This document shows, in pieces, positions 1-8,627 of a DNA stretch of 32,000 nucleotides. The notes under the pieces were generated by a model, which had not been told where the DNA came from, did not search any database, and saw nothing but the letters and a program-made list of their open reading frames with translations. The translations under genes were made by a program, and so were the position numbers. Origin of the DNA: Promethearchaeia archaeon (lineage in GTDB: Archaea; Asgardarchaeota; Lokiarchaeia; Sigyniarchaeales; SOKP01); NCBI GenBank assembly GCA_046497275.1, contig JAWOFX010000080.1, positions 45,562-77,561 of the forward strand, given 5' to 3'. Position 1 is the stretch's first letter; the number at the start of each line of letters is the position of its first letter.

Positions 1-714
1 GACATCTCCATCAGAAGGTCTTAAAACTTTTCCCGAGTAGGGGCCACTAGCACTTAAAATACGTTCAAATTGAATACTGCTGAGCACATTTTTATATTTC
101 CCAAATCCCAAATTTTTATTTAAAGTAGGTTCAAACTCCTCAAATCCAAGAGCTAAAATGATTGAACCAACATTTATTTTAGAATTTTTATCTTTTAAAT
201 CATAATTAATAGCGTTCGCTTTACAAACTCCTCTACAAATCCCACATCCAATACAGATATCTTTGTTAATTGCATATACCAAAGGAACTGCTTGGGGATA
301 TTTTACTGAAGCTGCTTTATTTAATGATAACCCCTCATTGAATATGTCAACTGCTTCAGTTGGACATTCTTGACCACAAACTCCACATCCTGTACATTTT
401 TCTTGATCTATATATAAAGTTTTTTCAATTATTTCAACATTAAAATTACCAGATTCACCAGAAATATTTTCAATCTCAGAGTTTATTTTAATTTCAATAT
501 TTGGATGTCGTCCTGCTTCAACCAATTTAGGAGAGACTATACAAATTGCACAATCATTCGTAGGAAACGTTTTGTCAAGCTGGGCCATCACTCCTCCGAT
601 GCTTGTTGTTTTTTCCACGAGATAAACTTTAAATCCAGATTCGGCTAAATCTAGGGCCGCTTGACAACCGCCAATTCCAGCTCCGACCACCATCACTGCT
701 CCAACTTTTTCCAC
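1..714 (-). CDS. hdrA: Heterodisulfide reductase subunit A-like FAD/Fe-S protein, 5' part (runs off the window edge)
   Basis: Not in the ORF track. Manual translation from GTG 714: VEKVGAVMVVGAGIGGCQAALDLAESG...MAQLDKTFPTNDCAICI...CTGCGVCGQECP...CIGCGICRGVC...FERILSASGP. GGAGG lies just upstream, within the end of mvhD. Confidence 0.95.
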   Translation of the reverse strand, partial: MEKVGAVMVVGAGIGGCQAALDLAESGFKVYLVEKTTSIGGVMAQLDKTFPTNDCAICIVSPKLVEAGRHPNIEIKINSEIENISGESGNFNVEIIEKTLYIDQEKCTGCGVCGQECPTEAVDIFNEGLSLNKAASVKYPQAVPLVYAINKDICIGCGICRGVCKANAINYDLKDKNSKINVGSIILALGFEEFEPTLNKNLGFGKYKNVLSSIQFERILSASGPYSGKVLRPSDGDV

Positions 715-719
715 CTTTT

Positions 720-1490
720 TTATCCCTCCATCACATTTAGATAAATTGGTGTAATTCCTACAATCTTATCCATAGCAATTTGACCTCGTTGCTTCAATAC
801 TAAAATATGATCCAAAATTTCACTTGGCTTTATTTCAAACTCAATCGCTAAATCTTTTACTGATTTTGGATCTTTCTTTAATGAAACGAGAATACGATGG
901 CGAACATATTCATCATAAATTGCTTTAATGAAGAGTTCCTTAAATTCTTCCTCCGGAATTTTTTCTCCATACACATTTTGTTGCTCTGTTAATGCTCTTT
1001 CTCTGCCTACTAATGCCCTCATTCTATAACTCGTAGATGCCATCTCTAATGATTTTATTTTATCAACCAATTCGATATTCTTCTTCCTATTTTGTAGAGG
1101 AGAGGGTCCTAAATCTTTGATGTGATTTGTAAAATTCGTAATTATTTCGGCAAATCGATTTCCCTCTGATGCTGAGACCCATTCTAATCTGATTCGATCT
1201 TCAAAGCCAACAAAACTTAAGAATTGTGTGATCATTTCATATTTTATTTCTGCTTCATAATTGCCTTCAAGATAATGACAATCTCCCGGATGGCATCCCA
1301 TCACAATAATACCATCTATTCCACTTAGAAATCCTTGAAAGATGAATTCGGGATCCACTCTTCCACTACACATTACTCGAATTACTCTCAAGTTCGGGGG
1401 ATATTGTATCCTACTCACTCCTGCTAAGTCAGCTCCCGCATATGAGCACCAATTACATAGAAATCCCAAAATTTTCGGTTCATAACTCAT
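720..1490 (-). CDS. mvhD: MvhD/FlpD [2Fe-2S] hydrogenase delta subunit with a C-terminal extension ending in a winged-HTH-like segment
   Basis: FLCNWCSYAGAD, RVMCSGRV and GCHPGDCHY motifs in the first ~130 aa; tail KSVKDLAIEFEIKPSEILDHILVLKQRGQI looks like an HTH. Confidence 0.92.
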   Translation of the reverse strand: MSYEPKILGFLCNWCSYAGADLAGVSRIQYPPNLRVIRVMCSGRVDPEFIFQGFLSGIDGIIVMGCHPGDCHYLEGNYEAEIKYEMITQFLSFVGFEDRIRLEWVSASEGNRFAEIITNFTNHIKDLGPSPLQNRKKNIELVDKIKSLEMASTSYRMRALVGRERALTEQQNVYGEKIPEEEFKELFIKAIYDEYVRHRILVSLKKDPKSVKDLAIEFEIKPSEILDHILVLKQRGQIAMDKIVGITPIYLNVMEG

Positions 1491-3172
1491 GCGATTTCTC
1501 TCCCTCCTAAGGCATATATTTCTGATAATATTTGCTCATTTGTGAAATGTTTGATTTGGATTGCTTTCTTTGTACAAGAGGCACCACAAAGACCACATCC
1601 TTTACATAATGCTTGAATAATTTCTATTTCGTCCTCTTCATTTTTTCTTATTGCTCCATAAGGGCATATTTCAATACAAATTTCGCATCCTTTACATAAT
1701 TCTTTATTCCATTCTGGAATATAAGCGGTACTTCCTTGGATCTCTAAAGTATCATGAGAAAGTATTGTACTTGCTCTTGAAGCCGCTGCTCTACCTTGAG
1801 TTAACGCCTGACCGATATCAGTTGGCCATTTAGCAGAACCGCATAAAAATACCCCATCTGTAGCAAAATCTATAGGTCTTAATTTTACATGTGCTTCTAA
1901 GAAAAAGTTATTCTCTTCCAAAGGAATTTTTAAAAGTTGAGCAAGATTTTTATTATTCTCATTTGCTATTAAAGGAGTAGATAAAACCAGTAAATCATAG
2001 GGAATACTCATATCTCTTCCTAAATACTCATTAAAAACGTGAACTTCTTCTTTTTTCACTATTGGCTCTTTTTCAGGTGAATATTTAATGAATAATATTC
2101 CTAATTCTCTTGTTTTTCTATAATATTGTTCATTTCTCGTACCTGGAGTATATATATCTCTAAATAAAATGCTTATATTTGCTTCTGGATTTTTTTCTTT
2201 AATAATTAAAGAATTTTTTAAAGCAGTCATACAACAGATACTTGAGCAATAATTTCTCTCTTCACAGCGAGCCCCAACACATTGTATCATTACTATGTTG
2301 TTCTTGTCAAAGGATTCTTCTTTTAATATTTTCTCTAATTCAAGTTGAGTGACTCTCACTTTCCCATCATAACCATATATATTTACAGGTTGAAAGGTTG
2401 ATGCGCCTGTAGCAACTATAATTGCTCCCACTTGTAATTCCTGGATTTTACTATTTTGTTCAATAATTACATTAAAATTTCCTAAATATCCATTGATTTC
2501 TGAAACCGTTGATGATGTTAAAATCGTTAAATTATTCGCATCTTCTATCTGATTTTTTAAACCTTCAAGGAATTTTGATGCTTTAATATTATCGGGATAA
2601 ATCGTATTTAATGAATTTAGCATGCCACCAATTCTCTCTTCTTTTTCTATAAGAAATGTTTCAAATCCTTGTTTACTTAAACTTAAAGCAGATGATATGC
2701 CTGAGACTCCCCCTCCAATTACAAGCGCTTTAGACTCAATATCAATTGAGATATCCTCTAAAGGTTCTAATTTTTCTGCTTTAGAGACTCCCATCTTAAT
2801 TAAATCTAATATTTTATTATAAGCTTCATTAGGATATTTTGCATGAACCCATGTACATTGATCTCGAATATTGACGAAATTAAAGAGATATTTATTTAAG
2901 CCTGCCTCTTGGACAGTTTCTCTAAATAAAGGTTCATGAGTTCTTGGAGTACAAGAGGCAACAACAACACGGTTTAAATTATGTTCCTCTATAGCTTTTT
3001 TTATAGAATTTAACCCATTTTCAGAGCACGTATAGAGGTTATCCTCACTATATGCAACTTTTGGAAATTCTTTGATCTCTTCAGCCAATTTTTTACAATC
3101 AACTAAGCCCCCGATGTTAGAACCGCAATGACATACAAAAACCCCTATTCTAATATCATCATTATTAGTAAT
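1487..3172 (-). CDS. hdrA: HdrA-like protein (C-terminal half of a split long HdrA); true start probably ATT at 3170-3172
   Basis: The track starts at TTG 3088, but the frame stays open for 28 codons upstream through the conserved RIGVFVCHCGSNIGG motif. ALVIGGG, CSSICC and C-terminal ferredoxin (CKGCEICIEICP, CKGCGLCGASC) motifs are present. Confidence 0.9.
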   Translation of the reverse strand: MTNNDDIRIGVFVCHCGSNIGGLVDCKKLAEEIKEFPKVAYSEDNLYTCSENGLNSIKKAIEEHNLNRVVVASCTPRTHEPLFRETVQEAGLNKYLFNFVNIRDQCTWVHAKYPNEAYNKILDLIKMGVSKAEKLEPLEDISIDIESKALVIGGGVSGISSALSLSKQGFETFLIEKEERIGGMLNSLNTIYPDNIKASKFLEGLKNQIEDANNLTILTSSTVSEINGYLGNFNVIIEQNSKIQELQVGAIIVATGASTFQPVNIYGYDGKVRVTQLELEKILKEESFDKNNIVMIQCVGARCEERNYCSSICCMTALKNSLIIKEKNPEANISILFRDIYTPGTRNEQYYRKTRELGILFIKYSPEKEPIVKKEEVHVFNEYLGRDMSIPYDLLVLSTPLIANENNKNLAQLLKIPLEENNFFLEAHVKLRPIDFATDGVFLCGSAKWPTDIGQALTQGRAAASRASTILSHDTLEIQGSTAYIPEWNKELCKGCEICIEICPYGAIRKNEEDEIEIIQALCKGCGLCGASCTKKAIQIKHFTNEQILSEIYALGGREIA

Positions 3173-4485
3173 TAAAATTCACCTCCTTTAATAATCTCTG
3201 CTGCGCTTGATGCAGCAGCACTCGCCTCGGCCACTGTTTGTGGGATATCCATAGGTTCATGAGCACATCCACATGTAAAAATGCCTTCTCTTGAAGTCTC
3301 TATTGGAAAATAAGGATCTGTCTTGATAAAATCAAAATCATCTAATTGAATACTAAGAACATTAGCTAATTCTTGTATTCCTTTTGGTGGAACTATACAA
3401 GTAGCTAAAACAACTAAATCAACCTTCAATTTTTGGATTTCTGAAGTATCAAAATTTTCATAAGTTATAATGGGATTCTCTTTCTTATCTATACTAATTT
3501 CAGGAATTTTACTTTTAATATAATTAATATTATATTCATTTTCCCCTCTTTCTATAAATTTAGTAAATCCTTTTCCCCCTGCTCTAATATCAATATAAAA
3601 AATATAAGATTCAATTTCATTATCGTGTTCATAGGCTATCATTGCTTCTTTTGAAGTATACATACAACAAATAGAAGAACAATAATCTTTGTTTCTTTTA
3701 TCTCTAGATCCAACACACTGAATATATGCTATCTTTTTTGGCTTCTTTCCATCTGAAAGCCTTTTAATATGCCCTCCTTGGGGTCCAGAAGCACTTAATA
3801 ATCTTTCGAATTCTAAGGCAGTAATAACATTTCTAAATTCTTTATAACCATAGTGGTTTAGTGGGATTGAATCTTCTATAACATCATAACCCACAGAAAC
3901 GATTATAGAGCCAATGTTATCCAATTTTAATATTTCTTCTTTTTGATCAAAATCTATTGCATCTTTATCACAATTCTTTTCGCATATTCGACACGCTTCT
4001 TTTGTGAACCATAAACAATGTTCTGAATCTATAGTCATTACAGCTGGAACACCTTGTAGATAATATAAATATATGGCTTTACGGTGTCTTAAACCTCTAT
4101 CAAATTCATCCTCTACGCGCATTGGACATTTTTCAGCACACTCACCACAATTAATACACGCATCTTCTTTTACATACCGTGGCTTCTTTAAAATTTCAAT
4201 AGAATAATTTCCCTTCTCTCCATTAATTTTTGTTATTTCTGAAAGCGTATGGAGAGTAATATTAGGATGTCGATAACATTCAGACAATTTTGGGGCTAAA
4301 ATGCAGATTGAACAATCATTTGTGGGAAAAGTTTTGTCTAATTGGGCCATTCTGCCACCAATACAGGGTTGCTTTTCTATTAAATGAACATGAATATTCA
4401 TATCTGCTAAATCTAAGGCAGATTGAATTCCTCCAATTCCTCCGCCAACAACAACTACACTTTTAGAATTTTTCAAGGATCTCAC
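3172..4485 (-). CDS. hdrA: HdrA-like protein (N-terminal half of a split long HdrA)
   Basis: VVVVGGGIGG FAD motif, MAQLDKTFPTNDCSICIL, CINCGECAEKCP, FERLLSASGP, CSSICCMY. Confidence 0.93.
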   Translation of the reverse strand: MRSLKNSKSVVVVGGGIGGIQSALDLADMNIHVHLIEKQPCIGGRMAQLDKTFPTNDCSICILAPKLSECYRHPNITLHTLSEITKINGEKGNYSIEILKKPRYVKEDACINCGECAEKCPMRVEDEFDRGLRHRKAIYLYYLQGVPAVMTIDSEHCLWFTKEACRICEKNCDKDAIDFDQKEEILKLDNIGSIIVSVGYDVIEDSIPLNHYGYKEFRNVITALEFERLLSASGPQGGHIKRLSDGKKPKKIAYIQCVGSRDKRNKDYCSSICCMYTSKEAMIAYEHDNEIESYIFYIDIRAGGKGFTKFIERGENEYNINYIKSKIPEISIDKKENPIITYENFDTSEIQKLKVDLVVLATCIVPPKGIQELANVLSIQLDDFDFIKTDPYFPIETSREGIFTCGCAHEPMDIPQTVAEASAAASSAAEIIKGGEF

Positions 4486-4525
4486 TTCTCTTTAATTATT
4501 TTATTACTTCTTATTGAAAGCCAAT

Positions 4526-5416
4526 TTATTTAAGAAAATTGAGTTCTTGCAGTAAAGCAGTAGGTTTAGCTCTATGATAATTGAACCCTAGTTCGTTTGG
4601 ATTTATCCCAAATGCCAAAGCAACCAATTCGGATAAATAAAAAATCGGAACATCATAATTAGTTTCATTTAATTTATTTAACTCCCTTTGATTAAAATCA
4701 AATTGTTGGTAACACGCGGGACATACTAACGCCACACAATTGGCTCCAGAATTAATGATAGATTCAAGTTTGTTCCCAATCATGAGAAGGGATAAATCTT
4801 TATCGGATTTATCAACAGGATTGCCACAACATTCTAATTTCAACTCATATTCTATAGTTTCAGCTCCAAGAGCTTGAATTATGCTGTCTATAGTAAACGG
4901 TTCAAAAGGATCATCCCAATCTATTATTTCTGATGGTCTTAAATAATGGCAACCATAATGCACAGCTACCTTAAACCCATCTAAAGGATTTACAAGATTT
5001 TTCTTAATCAATTCTAAATTTTCATATAAAACCTGACCAAAATGCTTTACACTTGTTAAACCATCATATTCTTTTCCGACTTTTTTTAATATTTTATTAG
5101 TCTTTGCCTTGACTTCTTCATCTTTCTTGATATGATAATTTACTCCCTTAAGCGTTTCGACACATCCAGAACAAAGCGAAATAATCCCACCGTTTCCATT
5201 ATTGCTTAAACTTAAGTTTCTAGCCCCCAATGCTAACCAGGTATTTTGATCAATCTGCTCTATCCCTGTTGGGTCCGGACAACAACTAAACCCATCAACA
5301 TCATTAAGTTTTATCCCCATCTTGTCAAAAATCTTTCGAGCAGAAGCCTCAAGGAAAGGAAGCCTGGCTGGGATTACGCATCCCAAAAATAAATCATACT
5401 CCATCTCATTTCTCAC
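4526..5416 (-). CDS. hdrB: Heterodisulfide reductase subunit B (CCG domains); start may be ATG 5404
   Basis: FLGCVIP, SCCPDPTG, CSGC, HYGCHY, CCGN, CPAC motifs. Confidence 0.93.
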   Translation of the reverse strand: MRNEMEYDLFLGCVIPARLPFLEASARKIFDKMGIKLNDVDGFSCCPDPTGIEQIDQNTWLALGARNLSLSNNGNGGIISLCSGCVETLKGVNYHIKKDEEVKAKTNKILKKVGKEYDGLTSVKHFGQVLYENLELIKKNLVNPLDGFKVAVHYGCHYLRPSEIIDWDDPFEPFTIDSIIQALGAETIEYELKLECCGNPVDKSDKDLSLLMIGNKLESIINSGANCVALVCPACYQQFDFNQRELNKLNETNYDVPIFYLSELVALAFGINPNELGFNYHRAKPTALLQELNFLK

Positions 5417-5903
5417 CTAATTTAATTTTATTTTCTATTCCCGTTTCTTTAAAAATTGGCTCTAATTCCTTCATCTCTGCTGTTTTAATCTCCGGGAGAT
5501 TCATCTTTTCTCGTCTAGATAAAATAGATTTTGAGAAGGGGATTGCAATACCTTCGTTAACAATAGCTTGGGCTTGTAATAAAAATGCTTCTGGCAATTT
5601 ACCTCTCTCAAAGCAACGGTTTTTAATCACGGAAAAGATTTCTGTTAATTCTACTTTTTGAGGACATAATTCTAAACATTTTTGACATGTGGAACATAAC
5701 CACACATTTGGGTTTTGCTCCTCAATTAACTCCTCTTCAAATCCAAGAAGTGCAAGCTCTATTATTTTCCTTGGATTATATTTTCCTTTAGTCATTAACG
5801 CTACAGGGCATCCGCTTGAACACGTAGAACATTGATAACAATAACTTAATGACGCATTATACTGCAAAATCTCATTTCTAAATTCAAAATTAATTAAACT
5901 CAA
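5406..5903 (-). CDS. hdrC: Heterodisulfide reductase subunit C
   Basis: CYQCSTCSSGCP and CSTCQKCLELCP; TTG start 6 nt after GGGTGA. Confidence 0.93.
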   Translation of the reverse strand: MSLINFEFRNEILQYNASLSYCYQCSTCSSGCPVALMTKGKYNPRKIIELALLGFEEELIEEQNPNVWLCSTCQKCLELCPQKVELTEIFSVIKNRCFERGKLPEAFLLQAQAIVNEGIAIPFSKSILSRREKMNLPEIKTAEMKELEPIFKETGIENKIKLGEK

Positions 5904-6002
5904 TATTTATCACCCAAATTTACAAATTCTTTTTAAAAAATATCTCAATTCTTTCCAACCTTATTATTTTTATTCTTAATTCTTAATTTTTTTAAGAAAA
6001 TC

Positions 6003-6272
6003 CTATTTTTGACCTAATTGCTTATCAATATCAATGAATATGGGGATTTGTTCCTCATCCTTCTGAATTATCACCTTAAGGATTCCATCTTCGATTTTTG
6101 TACTAATTGGCGTTATTTTTTTCGGTTTTGGCTTCCCTGATTTTTGTTGTTGCATATTCAAACATGTATGCTCTTCATCATAAAGATTACATCTGGAACA
6201 ACAAAACCCAATAGGCATATATCCCACTATACTGCACTTTTCATAATTGTCGCAATTACAATTATTACACAA
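6003..6272 (-). CDS. Small Cys-rich protein, paralog 3 (TTG start)
   Basis: MCNNCNCDNYEKCSIVGYMPIGFCCSRCNLYDEEHTC; GAGGTGA upstream; same motif as its two neighbours. Confidence 0.85.
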   Translation of the reverse strand: MCNNCNCDNYEKCSIVGYMPIGFCCSRCNLYDEEHTCLNMQQQKSGKPKPKKITPISTKIEDGILKVIIQKDEEQIPIFIDIDKQLGQK

Positions 6273-6306
6273 CTTCTTGGCCTCACCTCTCTAATTTAAG
6301 GAATTT

Positions 6307-6537
6307 TTACGGAAAATTCTCTAAATCTCTGTCGGATATTTTTAATTTTTCTAAGAACTTTTGAGCAATTTCAATATCTTCTTTATGATCCTCTATTTTT
6401 TTCTGGACTTGCTCTTTTAATCTCTTACAAGTCGTTCCCTCTTCATAAAAATTACAATTTGGACAACAAAATCCCAAGGGTATATTCCCTACAATTGAAC
6501 ATTGATATTGGTTATCACATTGGCAATAGTTACAAAT
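6307..6537 (-). CDS. Small Cys-rich protein, paralog 2 (76 aa, putative ATT start; missed by the ORF track)
   Basis: Manual translation: (I/M)CNYCQCDNQYQCSIVGNIPLGFCCPNCNFYEEGTTCKRLKEQVQKKIEDHKEDIEIAQKFLEKLKISDRDLENFP*. Aligns without gaps to both neighbours over 37 aa. Confidence 0.85.
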   Translation of the reverse strand: MCNYCQCDNQYQCSIVGNIPLGFCCPNCNFYEEGTTCKRLKEQVQKKIEDHKEDIEIAQKFLEKLKISDRDLENFP

Positions 6538-6559
6538 GATACATCACTCAGGTTTTTGA

Positions 6560-6808
6560 TTATGGATATAATTCAACCGATTTTTCTAATCCACTTTCTA
6601 ATGTTATGCCAGTTTTCACTTGAAATGGCTCGGGAAGAACCTCGAACATAACCATTTCTTCCACTTTCGGTTTTATCACTTGGCTTATATAATGTGAACA
6701 CGTATGCCGCTGGTCGTAATTCACGCATTTCTCACAGCACGCGCCGAAATGCAAATGTCCGACTATAGAGCAAAGATAGGAATTTTCACATTCGCAATTA
6801 TTACACAT
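6560..6808 (-). CDS. Small Cys-rich protein, paralog 1 (ATG 6808; the track extends it to GTG 6817)
   Basis: MCNNCECENSYLCSIVGHLHFGACCEKCVNYDQRHTC; GAGTGA 5 nt upstream of the ATG. Confidence 0.85.
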   Translation of the reverse strand: MCNNCECENSYLCSIVGHLHFGACCEKCVNYDQRHTCSHYISQVIKPKVEEMVMFEVLPEPFQVKTGITLESGLEKSVELYP

Positions 6809-6961
6809 TTTTTTCACTCTTTTTTTTTTGAGATGTTTGTGATTTTTTTATCACAAGAATCTTAGTGATATATTATTCAAGTCACCTATATAAATCTAAT
6901 GATCGGAATCGTGCAAAAGCTCTGTAAAGTGACAAAAATCTCTATGAGATCCACGAAAAGG

Positions 6962-7033
6962 AACATAAATCAAAATTCACTATCGAGAAAAAGATAATTA
7001 TAACAAAAAAAGACCAAAAACTTGCATAATATA
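6962..7033. repeat. 72-bp dispersed direct repeat, copy A (partner 9091-9162)
   Basis: 66/72 identical by manual alignment. Confidence 0.9.
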
Positions 7034-7408
7034 GAATTCCACAACAAATTTAAAATAATATTTAGGAAAATCATAATCTCAGAAGAGTATAATTTTCATT
7101 TCACGATAATTATAATGAAAACCATTTTTGAGAATGAATATTTATAAAATGAAATTCATATCCTAAGAAAGAGAAGAATTAGATTTACAATAATTGAGTC
7201 TGGAAAAGTGATCGAAATTGATCAACATCTCGGAAAAATTATTAAGGTTTAGACCAAAAAAAATTAATTTGAAATATAGGTTATCTTTTGGTTTATTTTA
7301 ACTATAATTATATCTTTCTTATTAAACAGCCCAGCTCGCCCTAAAGGGTGATTTATCCGTGATTCATTAAGGCTGAAATATCATAGTTAAAGAATTAATC
7401 ATTTTAAG

Positions 7409-7818
7409 TTACTTGATAATTTCCTTAAATTCTTGAATTATTTTTAGTGTATCCTCTTGAAAGTTTTTTAAATAGGAAAAGATCTTTTCAGAATTGACCT
7501 TAATATATTGATGTACTAAAAAATTTCTTAAATTCTTAAATTCTTAAATTCTTTAATTAAATCATAGTTTTCAAGTTTTGGCTTTAAAAGTTCAAGGATC
7601 GAATCTTCAGATGTCGGAGGTCCTAAGTTAAAAAATTTCACTAATTGAATACAAATTTGAATTATTGCTTCTATTATGTTTTGCATATTTCGCTCTATCG
7701 CAGCCTGAAGTTTTAAATCTCCGAGGAACACTTCTTTGTTCTCTGGTGTCCATAGCCCTAATAAATTTAATTGATTTTCAATAAAAGCAATTCTTTGAAG
7801 AATTCGTTCATAAGCCAT
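7409..7818 (-). pseudogene. DUF86/HepT-type HEPN RNase toxin frameshifted by an extra 8-bp repeat unit
   Basis: Removing one AAGAATTT unit gives ...KEFKNLRNFLVHQYIKVNSEKIFSYLKNFQEDTLKIIQEFKEIIK* (133 aa) and restores the RX4HXY motif. Confidence 0.85.
7521..7553. repeat. Tandem octamer repeat (AAATTCTT)x3 plus one variant unit
   Basis: Perfect units at 7530-7537, 7538-7545 and 7546-7553; variant AAATTTCTT at 7521-7529. Confidence 0.95.
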
Positions 7819-8188
7819 TTTTGACCGGCTCCAAATATAATTCATAATATGGTCGGAATGATTCCCATTCTTTTATAATATTAATGAAAATATCAAATAT
7901 TTGAGAGTAGTCCTTGTAAAATAGAATTTTTCCTTTAATCGCCTCTTTCGCGATAATTATAGGCATATCGGTTAGAAAATGCGCATCAAACTTTTCTGGG
8001 AACTGTAAAAGATATTTTAAAGATTTGGAATTTGAGTTAGGCTTTCTAACTATAGCAAGATCGATATCATTATAATTATCAGAATTAAGTGCGCTCCCGT
8101 ATAAAATGGCAGCTAGAATATCGTCATCTTGCTTTAGTTCTGTAATTATTCTGTACAATTTTTTTTTATCATTATCAGAGAGATACAT
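7808..8188 (-). CDS. Minimal nucleotidyltransferase (MNT) antitoxin
   Basis: LYGSALNSDNYNDIDLAI (GS...DxD); overlaps the HEPN start. Confidence 0.88.
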   Translation of the reverse strand: MYLSDNDKKKLYRIITELKQDDDILAAILYGSALNSDNYNDIDLAIVRKPNSNSKSLKYLLQFPEKFDAHFLTDMPIIIAKEAIKGKILFYKDYSQIFDIFINIIKEWESFRPYYELYLEPVKNGL

Positions 8189-8441
8189 ACCCAATCACAA
8201 CGTACTTTTTTGCATATATTAATCTGAAAAAGACTCGTGAAATTTCAATATTAAATATGAGTAAAAACTTAAGTTGATATATATAATCATAAAATGCTCT
8301 TATATTTAAAGGATCTATAAAAATGTTTAGAGTTATAATTTTCTATTAGGAATTGTAGAAATGGATTCATTAAGGGTTGGCTTTCTTCTACTTACACCTA
8401 AATCACTATTTATTTGTCTAACAGCGTTAGGAAAAGCGGTA

Positions 8442-8532
8442 TGGATTGGTAAAAAAAGAGACTATAAGCTGCCTTTAAGTCCCTACTAAAACTTTTTTAT
8501 TTGATTTCTCTCTATTTGGATCTTTCAGTTCT
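8442..8532 (+). repeat. Duplicate of the 3' end and T-rich downstream region of the 10281-10742 membrane gene (partner 10695-10784)
   Basis: ~90 bp with 4 substitutions and 1 indel; encodes WIGKKRDYKLPLSPY*. Confidence 0.9.
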
Positions 8533-8627
8533 TGGGGAAAAAAATATATATTTTATAAATTTAACTGAGAAATAACACGAGACGAATTTAAAATCTTTGA
8601 AGAAACAAGTTATAACTACGAAGTTAT

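Noticed and set aside
1651-2822. Short plus-strand ORFs 1651-1833 and 2622-2822
   Set aside because: Antisense within hdrA.
1-4485. Possible Sec (TGA) codons in the hdrA and mvhD genes
   Set aside because: The relevant motifs read TGT/TGC (for example AAT GAT TGT GCA ATT TGT); no in-frame TGA in the visible parts.
7819-7845. N-terminal extension MNYIWSRSK of the HEPN ORF in the track
   Set aside because: It overlaps the MNT gene; ATG 7818 matches the start of the duplicated copy and gives the typical family length.
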